Notes: generated by a model from the sequence alone, not told the origin. A DNA stretch of 64,000 bases from Candidatus Pacearchaeota archaeon (GCA_016204145.1 JACQLK010000016.1:9181-73180); one strand, 5' to 3'. Shown: positions 9,482 to 19,502, counted from the first letter of the stretch. Numbers and translations: made by a program.

Positions 9482-11941
9482 CTAAACCAAATTGTGCGTT
9501 GCGGTTAAATCCTTTTCAAACTTTTTTAATTTTTTCGGAATCTCGATTCCCGAAATTTCGTTTCTCAAGCTTATGCCTTTTTCCTTTTTCTCCTTCCAAA
9601 CCGCGCTGTTGAAGTTCATAAGCTCTTCCATCAAACTCAAATCTGATTTTCCCTTGTTGGATTTTGGAAATTCCGATTTAAGCAGATCGATTTTCGCCTC
9701 TTTTGCAATTACGCTTGAAAGCTGCGGAACAATGGGATAAATCAAAGTCAAAAATCTTTCAAGAAGAAAATGCAGTGCATATTTCGCCGAATCGCTTTCC
9801 TCTCTCGTGAATTTTTTGTTTTCGTTGTAAGCCCGCGATTTTATCATCTCGATGTAATTCGACGCAAAAACGTCCCATAAAAAATTTCTCAATTTTGTGG
9901 CGGGACGGTAAAAATCATACGAGCCGTAACAGCTGTCCGAAAACTCTGTCAAATCCTCAATATAATCTATGAAAAGTTTGTCAAGCTCGGCAAGTTTCGG
10001 TCTTGAATTTGGCTTTTCAAAGAGAAAAACAAATTTGGAAACATTGATTATTTTGTTTATCGTCTTCAGTTCTCCCCTTATTTTTTCCTCTGAACAGCTC
10101 AAATCCTGCTTTGACAAATCTCCCTCTGTCGCAGCCCACAACCTTATCGCCTCCGCCCCGTACTGCGAAAGAAGTTTCTGAGGGTCGACGACATTTCCCA
10201 GAGATTTTGACATTTTTCTTCCCTGCGAATCAAGAATGTGCTGATTTATCCAAACGTCCTTGAAGCACGGCTTTTTCGTCTCAAGATAGCCGCGAAGAAT
10301 CGTGTAATAAAGCCACGTCCTGACAATTTCCTTTCCCTGCGGTCTCAGCGCCGCCGGATAGGCCTTCTTGAAAAAATCATCGTCAGTTTTGTATTTCAAA
10401 ATAAAAAGTTCTGAAATCGACGAATCCATCCACGTGTCAAGAACGCGCGTCTCTCCCGTCCATTTTAATTTTTTGAAATCCTTAGATTTTTTTCCCGTAT
10501 GCTTTCCGCTTTTCCAAACTTCTGCATTTTCAGGAACACTTTCCTTCCACGGCTGATAATATTTTCCCGCAGGGGGAACGGCGACAATTTTTTCCCCTGA
10601 ACTCTCGGAATGCCAAAGAGGAATTTCCGTCGCGTAAAATCTCCTTCTTGAAATCGGCCAGTCTATTGAAACGGAATCAATCCAATCGATGAGAATTTTT
10701 CTCGATTCCTCCGGAAAAAATTTTATCTTTTTCGACATTTTTTTGACGTCGTTCTTGAATTCCAATTGCTTCAGATAAAATTCAGGCATTTCGATGAATT
10801 CTATTTCAGCTTTCGAGCGCTCGGAAATCGGCGTGCGATGCATTATTTTTTCCTGCTTTTGCAGAAAATTTTTTCCCTTGAGTTCTTCGATTATTTTCTG
10901 CCTCGCCTCTTTCACTTTCAGTCCCTTCAAAAATCCGGCATGCTCGTTCATTCTTCCGTCGGCGTTTATCGCGATTGTCGGCTTTATTTTCATATCCCTG
11001 AAAAATTGTATGTCTGATAAATCTCCGGCAGAGCACATCATTGCAAGCCCGGTTCCCTTGTCGGCCTGCGCGAGAGAATGCGCCTTTATCGGAACTTCTT
11101 TCCCAAACAAAGGAGTTATCGCAGTTTTTCCTTCAAGATGCCCGTATCTTTTGTCGTCCGGATTAAAAATAACCATGCTGCATGTGCAGATTAATTCAGG
11201 TCTTGTCGTCCCGATGACGATCCCCTCGCCGGTTTCCTTGACCTTCCATTTCACGTAGTTGAAATTTGATTCCAAATCCAGATAATCAATCTCGGAGTCC
11301 GCGACGGTTGTCTGCAATGCAGAATCCCAGTTATTTATTCTCGTGTCTTCGTAAATCAGCCCTTTTTTGTACAGCTCTATGAAAGTCGCCTGCGTTAATT
11401 TTCTGTAGTCCGGAGAATCGGTCATATAAACCGCTCCGATGTGATTCCCCTGCCTGTAAGATGTAAATGAAATCCCGAGCTTTGAAAAAGAACTCATGGT
11501 TTCTACGGAGGTTTCGTTCAAAAGCCTCTCGCAATATTTCAAAAATTCGCCCCTTGAAACTTTGAACGGACTCACTCCGAATTTTTTCTCGGCGCCTATT
11601 TCAATCGGCAAGCCGTTTCTGTCCAATCCCAACGGAAAAACCACTGAGAATCCCTTCATTCTTTTGTATCTGGCGAAAAAATCCATGTAGCAATATGTTA
11701 CCGACTGCCCGATGTGAACAGGGGCATTTACATACGGCGGCGGCGTGTCTATGGAATAAATCTTCTTCGTTTTTCCGCCAAACCTGAAAATCTCCGACTT
11801 TTCCCATCCATTTGTTATTTCTTTCTCGATATCGACGTTCCAGTTTTTTATCTTCCCGAATTCCATATCCGGTTGAGCAAAAAGATAATTATAAAGTTTG
11901 CCGATTTCAAAAATTTTAAAATTGCCGAAGAAACTGCTCAT
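9482..11941 (-). CDS. valS: class Ia aminoacyl-tRNA synthetase, most likely valyl-tRNA synthetase
   Basis: PPPYVNAPVHIGQ (HIGH-region variant like archaeal ValRS PPPTVSG.MHIGHA), KMSKSLGN motif; 819 aa; tRNA-Val gene also present in the window. Confidence 0.6.
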   Translation of the reverse strand: MSSFFGNFKIFEIGKLYNYLFAQPDMEFGKIKNWNVDIEKEITNGWEKSEIFRFGGKTKKIYSIDTPPPYVNAPVHIGQSVTYCYMDFFARYKRMKGFSVVFPLGLDRNGLPIEIGAEKKFGVSPFKVSRGEFLKYCERLLNETSVETMSSFSKLGISFTSYRQGNHIGAVYMTDSPDYRKLTQATFIELYKKGLIYEDTRINNWDSALQTTVADSEIDYLDLESNFNYVKWKVKETGEGIVIGTTRPELICTCSMVIFNPDDKRYGHLEGKTAITPLFGKEVPIKAHSLAQADKGTGLAMMCSAGDLSDIQFFRDMKIKPTIAINADGRMNEHAGFLKGLKVKEARQKIIEELKGKNFLQKQEKIMHRTPISERSKAEIEFIEMPEFYLKQLEFKNDVKKMSKKIKFFPEESRKILIDWIDSVSIDWPISRRRFYATEIPLWHSESSGEKIVAVPPAGKYYQPWKESVPENAEVWKSGKHTGKKSKDFKKLKWTGETRVLDTWMDSSISELFILKYKTDDDFFKKAYPAALRPQGKEIVRTWLYYTILRGYLETKKPCFKDVWINQHILDSQGRKMSKSLGNVVDPQKLLSQYGAEAIRLWAATEGDLSKQDLSCSEEKIRGELKTINKIINVSKFVFLFEKPNSRPKLAELDKLFIDYIEDLTEFSDSCYGSYDFYRPATKLRNFLWDVFASNYIEMIKSRAYNENKKFTREESDSAKYALHFLLERFLTLIYPIVPQLSSVIAKEAKIDLLKSEFPKSNKGKSDLSLMEELMNFNSAVWKEKKEKGISLRNEISGIEIPKKLKKFEKDLTATHNLV

Positions 11942-11987
11942 TTAAAATTTAGGAAAAATTTTAAATACCACGAATTTATGGAATAAA

Positions 11988-12146
11988 ATGGCGGACAATC
12001 CAGTAAACCTTCCGGGCGGATTCGGCGGACTCGTGAGGTTCAACGAGGAATACACAAGTTACTTCAACTTCAAACCGATTCATATAATGATTTTCGTCGC
12101 AGGCATAATTGCATTCAGGATTTTTCTAGGATTTTGGTTTAAGTAA
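11988..12146 (+). CDS. preprotein translocase Sec61-beta-like subunit (52 aa, not in ORF track)
   Basis: MADNPVNLPGGFGGLVRFNEEYTSYFNFKPIHIMIFVAGIIAFRIFLGFWFK: GGLVR(Y/F) motif plus single C-terminal TM helix. Confidence 0.55.
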   Translation: MADNPVNLPGGFGGLVRFNEEYTSYFNFKPIHIMIFVAGIIAFRIFLGFWFK

Positions 12147-12244
12147 AAATAACGACGATGCTCCAACCTTGGCGTTTCCCTTGAAAAGAGAAATTTGCAA
12201 AAGGATAATATGCAAAAAATATTTATCAGTGCATAATTAATTTG

Positions 12245-12294
12245 ATGGGGGATTGTAAGTTAAAATTTATTTCTGTTTCCGTGGGGCGGGCGGG
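12245..12294 (+). repeat. G-rich intergenic repeat, copy B
   Basis: tgggggattgtaagttaaaatttatttctgtttccgtggggcgggcggg; ~70 nt upstream of NAC start; shares gattgtRRgttaaaatttRttt with copy J. Confidence 0.55.
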
Positions 12295-12364
12295 AAAGAA
12301 ACAAGAGAGTTAAAAAAATATTTCCAACAGAAAACCATAAAAACCTTTTTAATTTTCCTTTAAA

Positions 12365-12682
12365 ATGTTTCCAAACATAGACCCAAAGAAAATGCAGGCA
12401 ATGATGAAGCAAATGGGAATCGCACAGGAAGAAATATCCGCCGAGAAAGTAACAATCGAAAAAACCGGCGGTGGAAAGATGATAATAAAAAACCCGTCTG
12501 TGACGAAAATAAAAATTCAGGGACAAGAAACATTTCAAATCTCCGGAGAAATTTCCGAAGACGAATTTTCCGAAGAAGACGTGAAAACTATTGTTGAAAA
12601 AACAGGGGCATCCAAATCAGAAGCAAAAAAAGCGCTTGAAAAAACCGGCGATTTGGCAGACGCGATTTTGGAGTTGAGTTAA
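12365..12682 (+). CDS. nac: nascent polypeptide-associated complex alpha subunit
   Basis: MFPNIDPKKMQAMMKQMGI start and C-terminal UBA-like KALEKTGDLADAILEL. Confidence 0.85.
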   Translation: MFPNIDPKKMQAMMKQMGIAQEEISAEKVTIEKTGGGKMIIKNPSVTKIKIQGQETFQISGEISEDEFSEEDVKTIVEKTGASKSEAKKALEKTGDLADAILELS

Positions 12683-13668
12683 TTTCTCTCCGCTTGTTTC
12701 AGAATAATTTTAGAATGGTATTCTTGAACTCCTTTTAAAAATTCAGACGCAACTACGCTTAATCCGGGCGCCAAGTCCACTCTTTCGTTCCAATCATTAA
12801 TGCCAAGTTGAACTGCTTTTTCCAAAAACCGTCCTCTTTCAGAATAAACATCTCCCAATTGACCTCTTTGTTTAGCAGTCACGAATACTTCATCGCCCTC
12901 ATAAGGGCTGCCTTTGCAATTTTTAGTAATTCTCTCTATATCATTTTTCAATTGAGGTTCTTTGACAGAAAGTTCATAAAGCTCCTTAACAATTTTTATT
13001 CTATCATCCAAAACTCTTGCATCATATTTTTCCCTGAAATCCTTCGGCGCCGGCAAACCAAGCAAATCCAACGCCTCAACATAGGACAAATCCATCCATC
13101 TTTCATTATCAGAGCGGTTTTTTAAAAACTCCGCGGTTTCCTGCAAATTTTTCTGTCTATACCTTGAAATGGCATTGTTAAATCTGAAAAATAATTCAAC
13201 ATCCTCGCCCGTGTGGAATTCAAGAGCGGGCTTTGAAATTCTCAACGCCGTGGAAAAACAGCCGTCCTTGCCGAGGGAGTATTCCGCATTTTGCCCAAAT
13301 CGGGAAAAATCATAAGGAGGAATAATTATTTGCCCTTCTTTTAATTTCCATTCGGGACCAGTGTACCCGTTATCAGAATATTCTGCATATCTGTCCATCG
13401 GCAAAACAAAATTATGTCCAAAACTTTTTTCCGGCTCAATAATTTTGAGTGCCGCAAGTTTGTTATCAATCTCGCTCGCTTTATACGGGACAAATCTCCA
13501 ATGGGATCTTAAAACGCCAAGACGTCTCATCGTTGTAATTCCATGCCTACCAACCGAATTTTCCACAGCCAAAACCCGCTGTCCCACTGCATTTGATAAT
13601 TTGGTTTCCAAATCCGAAAAAGCTCTTTTAAAATTTTCAACCTTTTCCGACGCCTCAAGAAGATTCAT
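12679..13668 (-). CDS. hypothetical protein
   Basis: 329-aa ORF, no confident family. Confidence 0.4.
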   Translation of the reverse strand: MNLLEASEKVENFKRAFSDLETKLSNAVGQRVLAVENSVGRHGITTMRRLGVLRSHWRFVPYKASEIDNKLAALKIIEPEKSFGHNFVLPMDRYAEYSDNGYTGPEWKLKEGQIIIPPYDFSRFGQNAEYSLGKDGCFSTALRISKPALEFHTGEDVELFFRFNNAISRYRQKNLQETAEFLKNRSDNERWMDLSYVEALDLLGLPAPKDFREKYDARVLDDRIKIVKELYELSVKEPQLKNDIERITKNCKGSPYEGDEVFVTAKQRGQLGDVYSERGRFLEKAVQLGINDWNERVDLAPGLSVVASEFLKGVQEYHSKIILKQAERN

Positions 13669-13716
13669 GTAAAAATAACAAATTCAAATTATTTAAACAT
13701 TGTTGTGATAAAATCC

Positions 13717-13926
13717 TTAACCGCTGTAAAAATTATACCTTTCAGAACATTCCAGCACTTCTTTTCTAAACGGGCTGTCCGACGATGAAAGCCCTCTTTG
13801 ACGGCACATTGACAAAATCCAAGTCGCATATTCCGGTTTTGCGGGAATATTTCCTTTCGTATTTGAAATCTTCCTCACTTCCTCCATAATTTCAAAATTG
13901 CTCAACGGCTTGTATTGCTCTCTCAT
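13717..13926 (-). CDS. hypothetical small protein
   Basis: 69-aa ORF. Confidence 0.25.
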   Translation of the reverse strand: MREQYKPLSNFEIMEEVRKISNTKGNIPAKPEYATWILSMCRQRGLSSSDSPFRKEVLECSERYNFYSG

Positions 13927-14065
13927 GAAAACCCTGCATCTCTTTCTCTTTTAAATATTATTATGGTAAAAATTGAAAATCCGGAATTCACAACCTTTTT
14001 AAAGAAACATATAAAAAGCCCGATATCTTGTATAATTATGCTTCTAAAAACCCCAAAAAAACTGC

Positions 14066-14506
14066 ATGGAAGAAATAATTCAGGAAAAAATAAGCGCGGA
14101 CCATCTTTTGTATGTCAGTTTGAAATACACCAAAACATGTGACGTGATATTCAATTTAATTCTTCGCTGGAGAAAAATGATTGAAACCAGCATTGACGAG
14201 CTTTTGAAGCGCGCAAAAAAAAGAAAAAAAATTTCCGCCATTCCGGGGAACCCCGCAAAAAAAATCGAGGAAGTCAGAAAACTCTTCAAAAAAGACAAAA
14301 ATTTTCAGGACGTAATAGACATGTATGAAATGTTCAGGAAAGTCGAGGAACTCAGAAAAGAAAGAATCGGCGAATTCAGGAAAAACGTCACGCTGAAAAT
14401 TTTTTACAAGGGCGAGGAAATAAACGTCAATCTGGAACAGCTGAAAATTTACGCGGAAAAGTTGGAAAAATTTATAAGCGTAACTAAACAATTTCTTTTG
14501 CATTAA
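14066..14506 (+). CDS. hypothetical protein (Lys/Glu-rich)
   Basis: 146-aa ORF upstream of minD. Confidence 0.3.
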   Translation: MEEIIQEKISADHLLYVSLKYTKTCDVIFNLILRWRKMIETSIDELLKRAKKRKKISAIPGNPAKKIEEVRKLFKKDKNFQDVIDMYEMFRKVEELRKERIGEFRKNVTLKIFYKGEEINVNLEQLKIYAEKLEKFISVTKQFLLH

Positions 14507-14523
14507 CTATCGGTGTTCTTAAA

Positions 14524-15309
14524 ATGAAAAGGGTAATCGTTATAACTTCTGGAAAAGGCGGCGTCGGGAAAACGACAACCGCGATAAATCTCGGCGCGGC
14601 GATGAATATTTTCGGTCGCGAAGTTCTCATTGTCGACGGCAATTTGACAACGCCGAACGTCGGAATTCATTTCGGCTCTCCCGAGGTGCCGGTAACGTTA
14701 AATCACGTTCTTTCAAACAAGGCGGAGGTTTTCGAGGCGGTTTACGAGCACGAATCCGGATTGAAAATAATTCCCGCCTCGCTTTCTGTGAAAGAATTGA
14801 AAAAAATAAAGCCGGAAAAAATAGGCAATTTCAAAAAGGACTTTACGAAAATTTCAGACATAGTGGTTGTTGACAGTTCTGCCGGATTGGGAAACGAGGC
14901 GACATCGGTTATGGCGGTCGCGGACGAATTAATAATTGTCACAAATCCCGAAATGCCTGCGATAACAGATGCGCTAAAAACATTGAAATTGGCTCAGGAA
15001 ATGAAAAAGCCGATTCTGGGCGTTATAATAACAAAAGTCAGGGAAGACGACATTGAAATGCAGCCCGACGTCGTCAAGGAAATGCTTGAAATTCCGATAC
15101 TCGGAATGGTTCCTTACGACTTAAGCGTTTCAAAATCGCTCAACATGAAAGACGCCGTCGTTCACACGCATCCCAAAAGCAAGGCGGCGAGGGCGTACAA
15201 GGAAATTGCGGCGAAAATCCTGAACGTGAAATACGATTCAAAAAAAGACGCGGAAAACTTTATTGAAAAAATTCTCAAGAAATTCGGATTTGGGAAAAAG
15301 AGGAAATAA
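14524..15309 (+). CDS. minD: MinD/ParA-family cell division ATPase
   Basis: deviant Walker A ITSGKGGVGKTT. Confidence 0.85.
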   Translation: MKRVIVITSGKGGVGKTTTAINLGAAMNIFGREVLIVDGNLTTPNVGIHFGSPEVPVTLNHVLSNKAEVFEAVYEHESGLKIIPASLSVKELKKIKPEKIGNFKKDFTKISDIVVVDSSAGLGNEATSVMAVADELIIVTNPEMPAITDALKTLKLAQEMKKPILGVIITKVREDDIEMQPDVVKEMLEIPILGMVPYDLSVSKSLNMKDAVVHTHPKSKAARAYKEIAAKILNVKYDSKKDAENFIEKILKKFGFGKKRK

Positions 15310-15357
15310 TCTTTTAATCACGATAATAATTTTAAAGCGAGTGCATATGAAATTTGG

Positions 15358-15786
15358 ATGTACAACACTAGATTTTTCCGAGAATACAGAAGACCTGAAC
15401 TTCCAGTTTTTATAGATTCTAATTTCGGTGATCTTGATTTGGAATTAAAAAATATAGGACATCTTCTGGAATTGAATTACTTCAGACAAGAAAATCCCAG
15501 CATTAAAAATATGCGCGCAAATTCTTCCTACCTTTTGGCAAATTCAAATCCTTTGGCAATTGCAAGATTGCAGGCGGTAAAATGGACCAAACCTTTGGAT
15601 AGCGAGCAGTTGGGAGAGATATCATTATGGATTGAACATTTAAATCTGGACCAAAAATTTCCTGAATTGGAAGAAATAGCTAAATGCTATGGATTAGTTA
15701 ACAAAGGTACGAGAAATGATTTTAAAAATCGTCGCGTAGATTATGTTATTTCTACTTGGTCCTTAAATTCTCATTTAACAAGATAA
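15358..15786 (+). CDS. hypothetical protein
   Basis: 142-aa ORF, visibly more AT-rich than neighbours. Confidence 0.35.
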   Translation: MYNTRFFREYRRPELPVFIDSNFGDLDLELKNIGHLLELNYFRQENPSIKNMRANSSYLLANSNPLAIARLQAVKWTKPLDSEQLGEISLWIEHLNLDQKFPELEEIAKCYGLVNKGTRNDFKNRRVDYVISTWSLNSHLTR

Positions 15787-17013
15787 TCACCCCTTTATCC
15801 CTACTACCGCGGTCTCGGGATTTCTGACAAAATTCGCCTTGTCTCTGAAAATGGAAATTATTTTCCCAAACGTTTTCTGCAAAAACCCGCTTCCGACGCT
15901 GTTGTAGCTTATTCTGACGTCGTTTAAATTTCGCGTCGAGACGACGGATATTTTATTTGAATTATCAGCGACAATCTTGTGCTCCCGCGTCAAAGAATTT
16001 TCCGCTTTATTTTTTGCTTCAATTTCAATTTTTGAAGAATCTGCATTTGTAGATTTTTTGGAAAGCAAAACATTGTCGTCTTTTATTTCAATTGACGTTG
16101 CCCCGTTAAGGATTATTGAATTGCCTTTTGCCGTAATTTTAGGAATAGTTCCGGTATTTTGCACTTCTATTTTTGAGTCCGCCGGCTGGATTGCAACATC
16201 TCCGTCTTTTGAAACAGGGATGTAGGGATTTCCCTTGTTGAATGTCAAAACCGCTCCCTTTCCGGAATTTGATTCAACAATAAGATTATTTTTGCCGAAA
16301 GAAACGTCTATTTTTCCGTGCTCGACGCCGTCAAAAAACAAATCGTTTTCTTTGAGAAAAGTCGACTGCAAATTCGCGAGCTTGTTTCCGATTTTCACGT
16401 TGTTCAAAGATGTCTCGTCCGAAAGAACAGAATACAACCTTCCCTGAAAAGAATTTATTTTTCCGCTCATCAAAAAATCGCCGGGAATTCTCACGTTGCT
16501 TCCTTCCATCGTCGTGAGATAGTCCTTCAAGCCCGGCGCTTGAACAGAAGTCGGAAAAGATGGAAGCGTTGAACTCGGAGGAATCCTGAGATTTATTCCC
16601 GTCTCGGAATTGAATTTCAACTGTGTATCGGCGGGAACGGTCGCTTGAACTTTTTGCAGCGTAAAGGTTCCCTCTTTTAATGTCAAATCCGCATTTACCA
16701 ATTCCCCTTGCGCGTTCACATCGGCAACGACCGGCGCTTTTCTTAAATCCTGTCCGTATATTCCTTTGAAACTGCTTCCTTTTGTATCAAGATCGCACGT
16801 CTCAATTAAACAAGAGATTCTTTTTATCTCGTTATTTTGCTGCGCAATTTCAAAATTTCCCTGTCCGTAAATTGTATTTTGCGGCAAGCCGCATCCTGAA
16901 AATACTTCGTATCCCGGAATATCTACTTCGCACGACTCCGCGGCGAAAATCAGTTGCGGTGAAAAAGACAGCGTAACCGCAAAAAACAAAATTGTTAAAA
17001 TTTCCTTTTTCAT
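15787..17013 (-). CDS. secreted hypothetical protein
   Basis: signal peptide MKKEILTILFFAVTLSFSPQLIFA; Gly/Asn/Ser-rich, beta-rich-looking. Confidence 0.45.
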   Translation of the reverse strand: MKKEILTILFFAVTLSFSPQLIFAAESCEVDIPGYEVFSGCGLPQNTIYGQGNFEIAQQNNEIKRISCLIETCDLDTKGSSFKGIYGQDLRKAPVVADVNAQGELVNADLTLKEGTFTLQKVQATVPADTQLKFNSETGINLRIPPSSTLPSFPTSVQAPGLKDYLTTMEGSNVRIPGDFLMSGKINSFQGRLYSVLSDETSLNNVKIGNKLANLQSTFLKENDLFFDGVEHGKIDVSFGKNNLIVESNSGKGAVLTFNKGNPYIPVSKDGDVAIQPADSKIEVQNTGTIPKITAKGNSIILNGATSIEIKDDNVLLSKKSTNADSSKIEIEAKNKAENSLTREHKIVADNSNKISVVSTRNLNDVRISYNSVGSGFLQKTFGKIISIFRDKANFVRNPETAVVGIKG

Positions 17014-17055
17014 TATGAAAAATTCCTTTTTTTATGCTGAAATTTATTTTTCATT

Positions 17056-17772
17056 TTAATATTTGTTTATGAAAACAAATTCCAATGTTTCGTTGTTTAT
17101 TTTTGAATTTTCGTCCCTGAATGAAAAAATCGTTCCGTTTTCAGATTCCTGCATGTCAACGTATAAATCGTTTTTCAGCGCGATGTCCAGCGCGCAATTT
17201 AAGCAAATGCCGTCGTGCGTCATTTGTTCCTGCAAAAATTCCTGAACCGCATTGTAAACAATTCCGTATCTCACCTGGACTTCTATTTTGAAATCCTTGA
17301 GCAAGGTGGAACTCTGCCCTTGCTTTATCGTTATCGGATAAATTATTTCAAAACTCACTTTGTCTTCGGATATTGTCGGCGTCGCGGAAATTTCTCCGGA
17401 GGTTATTTCCGTTTCCTTAAAATCCTGAAAATTTCTTATGCACAGCGACGCGATCTTCCCGAAATTGCTCGACATTTCGTTTTCCATTTTTTCTTTTGAC
17501 GGCATGTGATTTTCGCCGCCATAATAATAGTAAGGAAAACCCAATTCATCGGAAAGATTAGGCGGAATCAAATAGCCGCCGCCGTAGGCGGCTGCGTAAA
17601 CAATTTTGTCGCTCGCATCTTGCAGGCAATCTTGTACAAAATTATTGACGTTTTGCGCTTCCGGATTTAAAAAGCCGAAATTGCCCCGCATAAAAAAAGC
17701 CAGGGCGGAAACCGCGATGACGATGATTGCAACGATTAAAAAAATTGTCAGTTGCCCTCTTTTTTTCATCAA
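17056..17772 (-). CDS. type IV pilin-like protein (class III signal peptide)
   Basis: MMKKRGQLTIFLIVAIIVIAV: K/R-G-Q followed by hydrophobic helix, the archaeal prepilin peptidase recognition pattern. Confidence 0.5.
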   Translation of the reverse strand: MMKKRGQLTIFLIVAIIVIAVSALAFFMRGNFGFLNPEAQNVNNFVQDCLQDASDKIVYAAAYGGGYLIPPNLSDELGFPYYYYGGENHMPSKEKMENEMSSNFGKIASLCIRNFQDFKETEITSGEISATPTISEDKVSFEIIYPITIKQGQSSTLLKDFKIEVQVRYGIVYNAVQEFLQEQMTHDGICLNCALDIALKNDLYVDMQESENGTIFSFRDENSKINNETLEFVFINKY

Positions 17773-17802
17773 TATTAATGAAAAAAGGGATATAAAAATT
17801 TA

Positions 17803-18459
17803 ATGACGCAAAATTTTTATTCTCTGTTTCTCTGTTCCAATATGGAAGACGCTCGCAAATCTCTGATTCTGAACATAATCGGAATTTTCCCGTTGGTAAT
17901 GGGAATTCTCGCGATTTTCAATTCGCTTAAAATTGGCTCCGTCTCGCAGATTTTGTGGATTTGCTATTTTTGCCTGATTCTTATCGGGATGGGCATTTTG
18001 TCAGGAAATGATTTTCTTGTAATGAGTCAAATCTATATTCTTTTTATTCCGTTGATTTTTTGGGACGTTGATTTTATTTACCATTGGATTTTCCAAGAGC
18101 CGCTTTGGGGAATAAGCGACTATTTCTTTGTCGGAAATTTCGACCTTGGAAAAATAATAAGCTTGCAGCATCTCGCGACGATTCCAATGACAATTTATTC
18201 CCTGCGTTTGATGGGGCCGAAGAGAAAGGACGCGTGGAAATTGAGCGTTGTTCAAATAATTGCCGTTTATCTTTTGACAAACGCGTTTTTTCCGGGAACA
18301 AACATAAATTGCATTTCAGAACCGTGTGTGAATTTCAACCTAGGGCTTCCTTATGTTGCGACATGGTTCCTTGCATTTTTCACGATGATTTTCATAAGCG
18401 TTCTTGTCATCAATGGCTTTTTCTTCAGAAAATCAAAATTCAAAGAAAGGTTTATGTGA
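17803..18459 (+). CDS. polytopic membrane protein, hypothetical
   Basis: multiple hydrophobic helices. Confidence 0.45.
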   Translation: MTQNFYSLFLCSNMEDARKSLILNIIGIFPLVMGILAIFNSLKIGSVSQILWICYFCLILIGMGILSGNDFLVMSQIYILFIPLIFWDVDFIYHWIFQEPLWGISDYFFVGNFDLGKIISLQHLATIPMTIYSLRLMGPKRKDAWKLSVVQIIAVYLLTNAFFPGTNINCISEPCVNFNLGLPYVATWFLAFFTMIFISVLVINGFFFRKSKFKERFM

Positions 18460-18627
18460 AAGAAACAGATTATCCGAAAAAGTGAATGTGCAAACCGCAT
18501 TTAAAATCCAAAAGAACATGTTTCTCAATTCCTCGCTGATGAAAAAATGTTAATATCCAATCAAACTATAACATCGAAATGTTTTTTGGAATTAACCCTG
18601 TTTCATCTGCAATAGGCAATTTTTTAT

Positions 18628-18660
18628 TTTGCGCGGGGAGGAGCAACACAGGGGTGATGA
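18628..18660 (+). repeat. G-rich intergenic repeat, copy I (degenerate)
   Basis: ttttgcgcggggaggagcaacacaggggtgatg. Confidence 0.4.
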
Positions 18661-18717
18661 TTTCCATAATGTAAAAACTTATCGCGGTGGATTTTATCAT
18701 TAAAATTTCCCTGGGCT

Positions 18718-19062
18718 TTATTTTATCTTCGCCCCGACTTCGACATCCTTCTCGGGAGAAATCAAAATAACTTGCATTTCATCTTTGCTCGCCGCCGCAA
18801 GAAGCATTCCGTTGCTTTCAATTCCTTTCAACATTCGCGGAGCAAGATTCGCGACGATAATTATCTTTTTGTTTTTCAGTTCGTCTTTTGAGTAATGTTT
18901 TTTTATTCCCGCGCAAATCACGCGCTTTCCGATTTCTTTTCCCAAATCAACGCTCAGTTTGTAAAGCTTGTCCGCGCCTTCAATGTCCTCAACTTTCAAG
19001 ATTTTTCCGACTCGCAAATCCGTTTTCGCGAAGTCGTCGTATGAGATTATGGATTCGGTCAT
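18718..19062 (-). CDS. tRNA-binding protein (Trbp111/CsaA-like, stand-alone MetRS C-terminal domain)
   Basis: DLRVGKILKVEDIEGADKLYKLSVDLG..VANLAPRMLKGIESNGMLL matches Myf/tRNA-binding OB domain. Confidence 0.8.
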   Translation of the reverse strand: MTESIISYDDFAKTDLRVGKILKVEDIEGADKLYKLSVDLGKEIGKRVICAGIKKHYSKDELKNKKIIIVANLAPRMLKGIESNGMLLAAASKDEMQVILISPEKDVEVGAKIK

Positions 19063-19502
19063 TTTACCGCTCCATCTTCAATCTCAAAGTAAGCTTCTTT
19101 ATCAGACGGATTAAAAATTAATTTGGCCTTTGTCTTTAGCAGAAAATCTATTCCCAATAAACTCGGTTGGAGAGAATTATCTTCTCCTTTGATAGGAAAA
19201 TCCACAGACATTTCAACTTCAAAATCCCCGAATTTTAGTTTTGCTTTTTCAAGGACTATTGTAAAAATTTGCCCTCCACCAATATTTACGGGTTTATGCT
19301 TGCCTTGTAGTTTGGCAAGTTGCACTTTTGAAATTCTAGTCCTTTTCATATCCAAAGGACCGATAAGAGTTACCGGACTTCCTGTGTCTACAATTGCCCG
19401 TATGGGAATGAATAAATGCGGGTCTTCCGACCTTAATAAAAAAACAGCAATAATCCTCAAGCTTCCGGCAAAAAATTCTACATTTAAAGGAATTTTTCTC
19501 AT
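19059..19502 (-). CDS. retropepsin-like aspartic protease
   Basis: IVDTGSP catalytic motif (D-T/S-G) and LLGIDFL flap-like segment. Confidence 0.55.
   Translation of the reverse strand: MRKIPLNVEFFAGSLRIIAVFLLRSEDPHLFIPIRAIVDTGSPVTLIGPLDMKRTRISKVQLAKLQGKHKPVNIGGGQIFTIVLEKAKLKFGDFEVEMSVDFPIKGEDNSLQPSLLGIDFLLKTKAKLIFNPSDKEAYFEIEDGAVK

Noticed and set aside
9482-11941. Calling the 819-aa synthetase LeuRS or IleRS
   Set aside because: The HIGH-region context PPPYVN..HIGQ..Y..DF matches the archaeal ValRS pattern better than LeuRS (PYPSG..H.GH) and the size is too small for IleRS; ValRS kept with moderate confidence.
18460-18717. Possible box C/D sRNA (gtgatgatttcc... near 18655)
   Set aside because: A UGAUGA-like box C is present, but no convincing box D/C'/D' arrangement or terminal stem could be found by eye. 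The G-rich part fits the repeat family instead.
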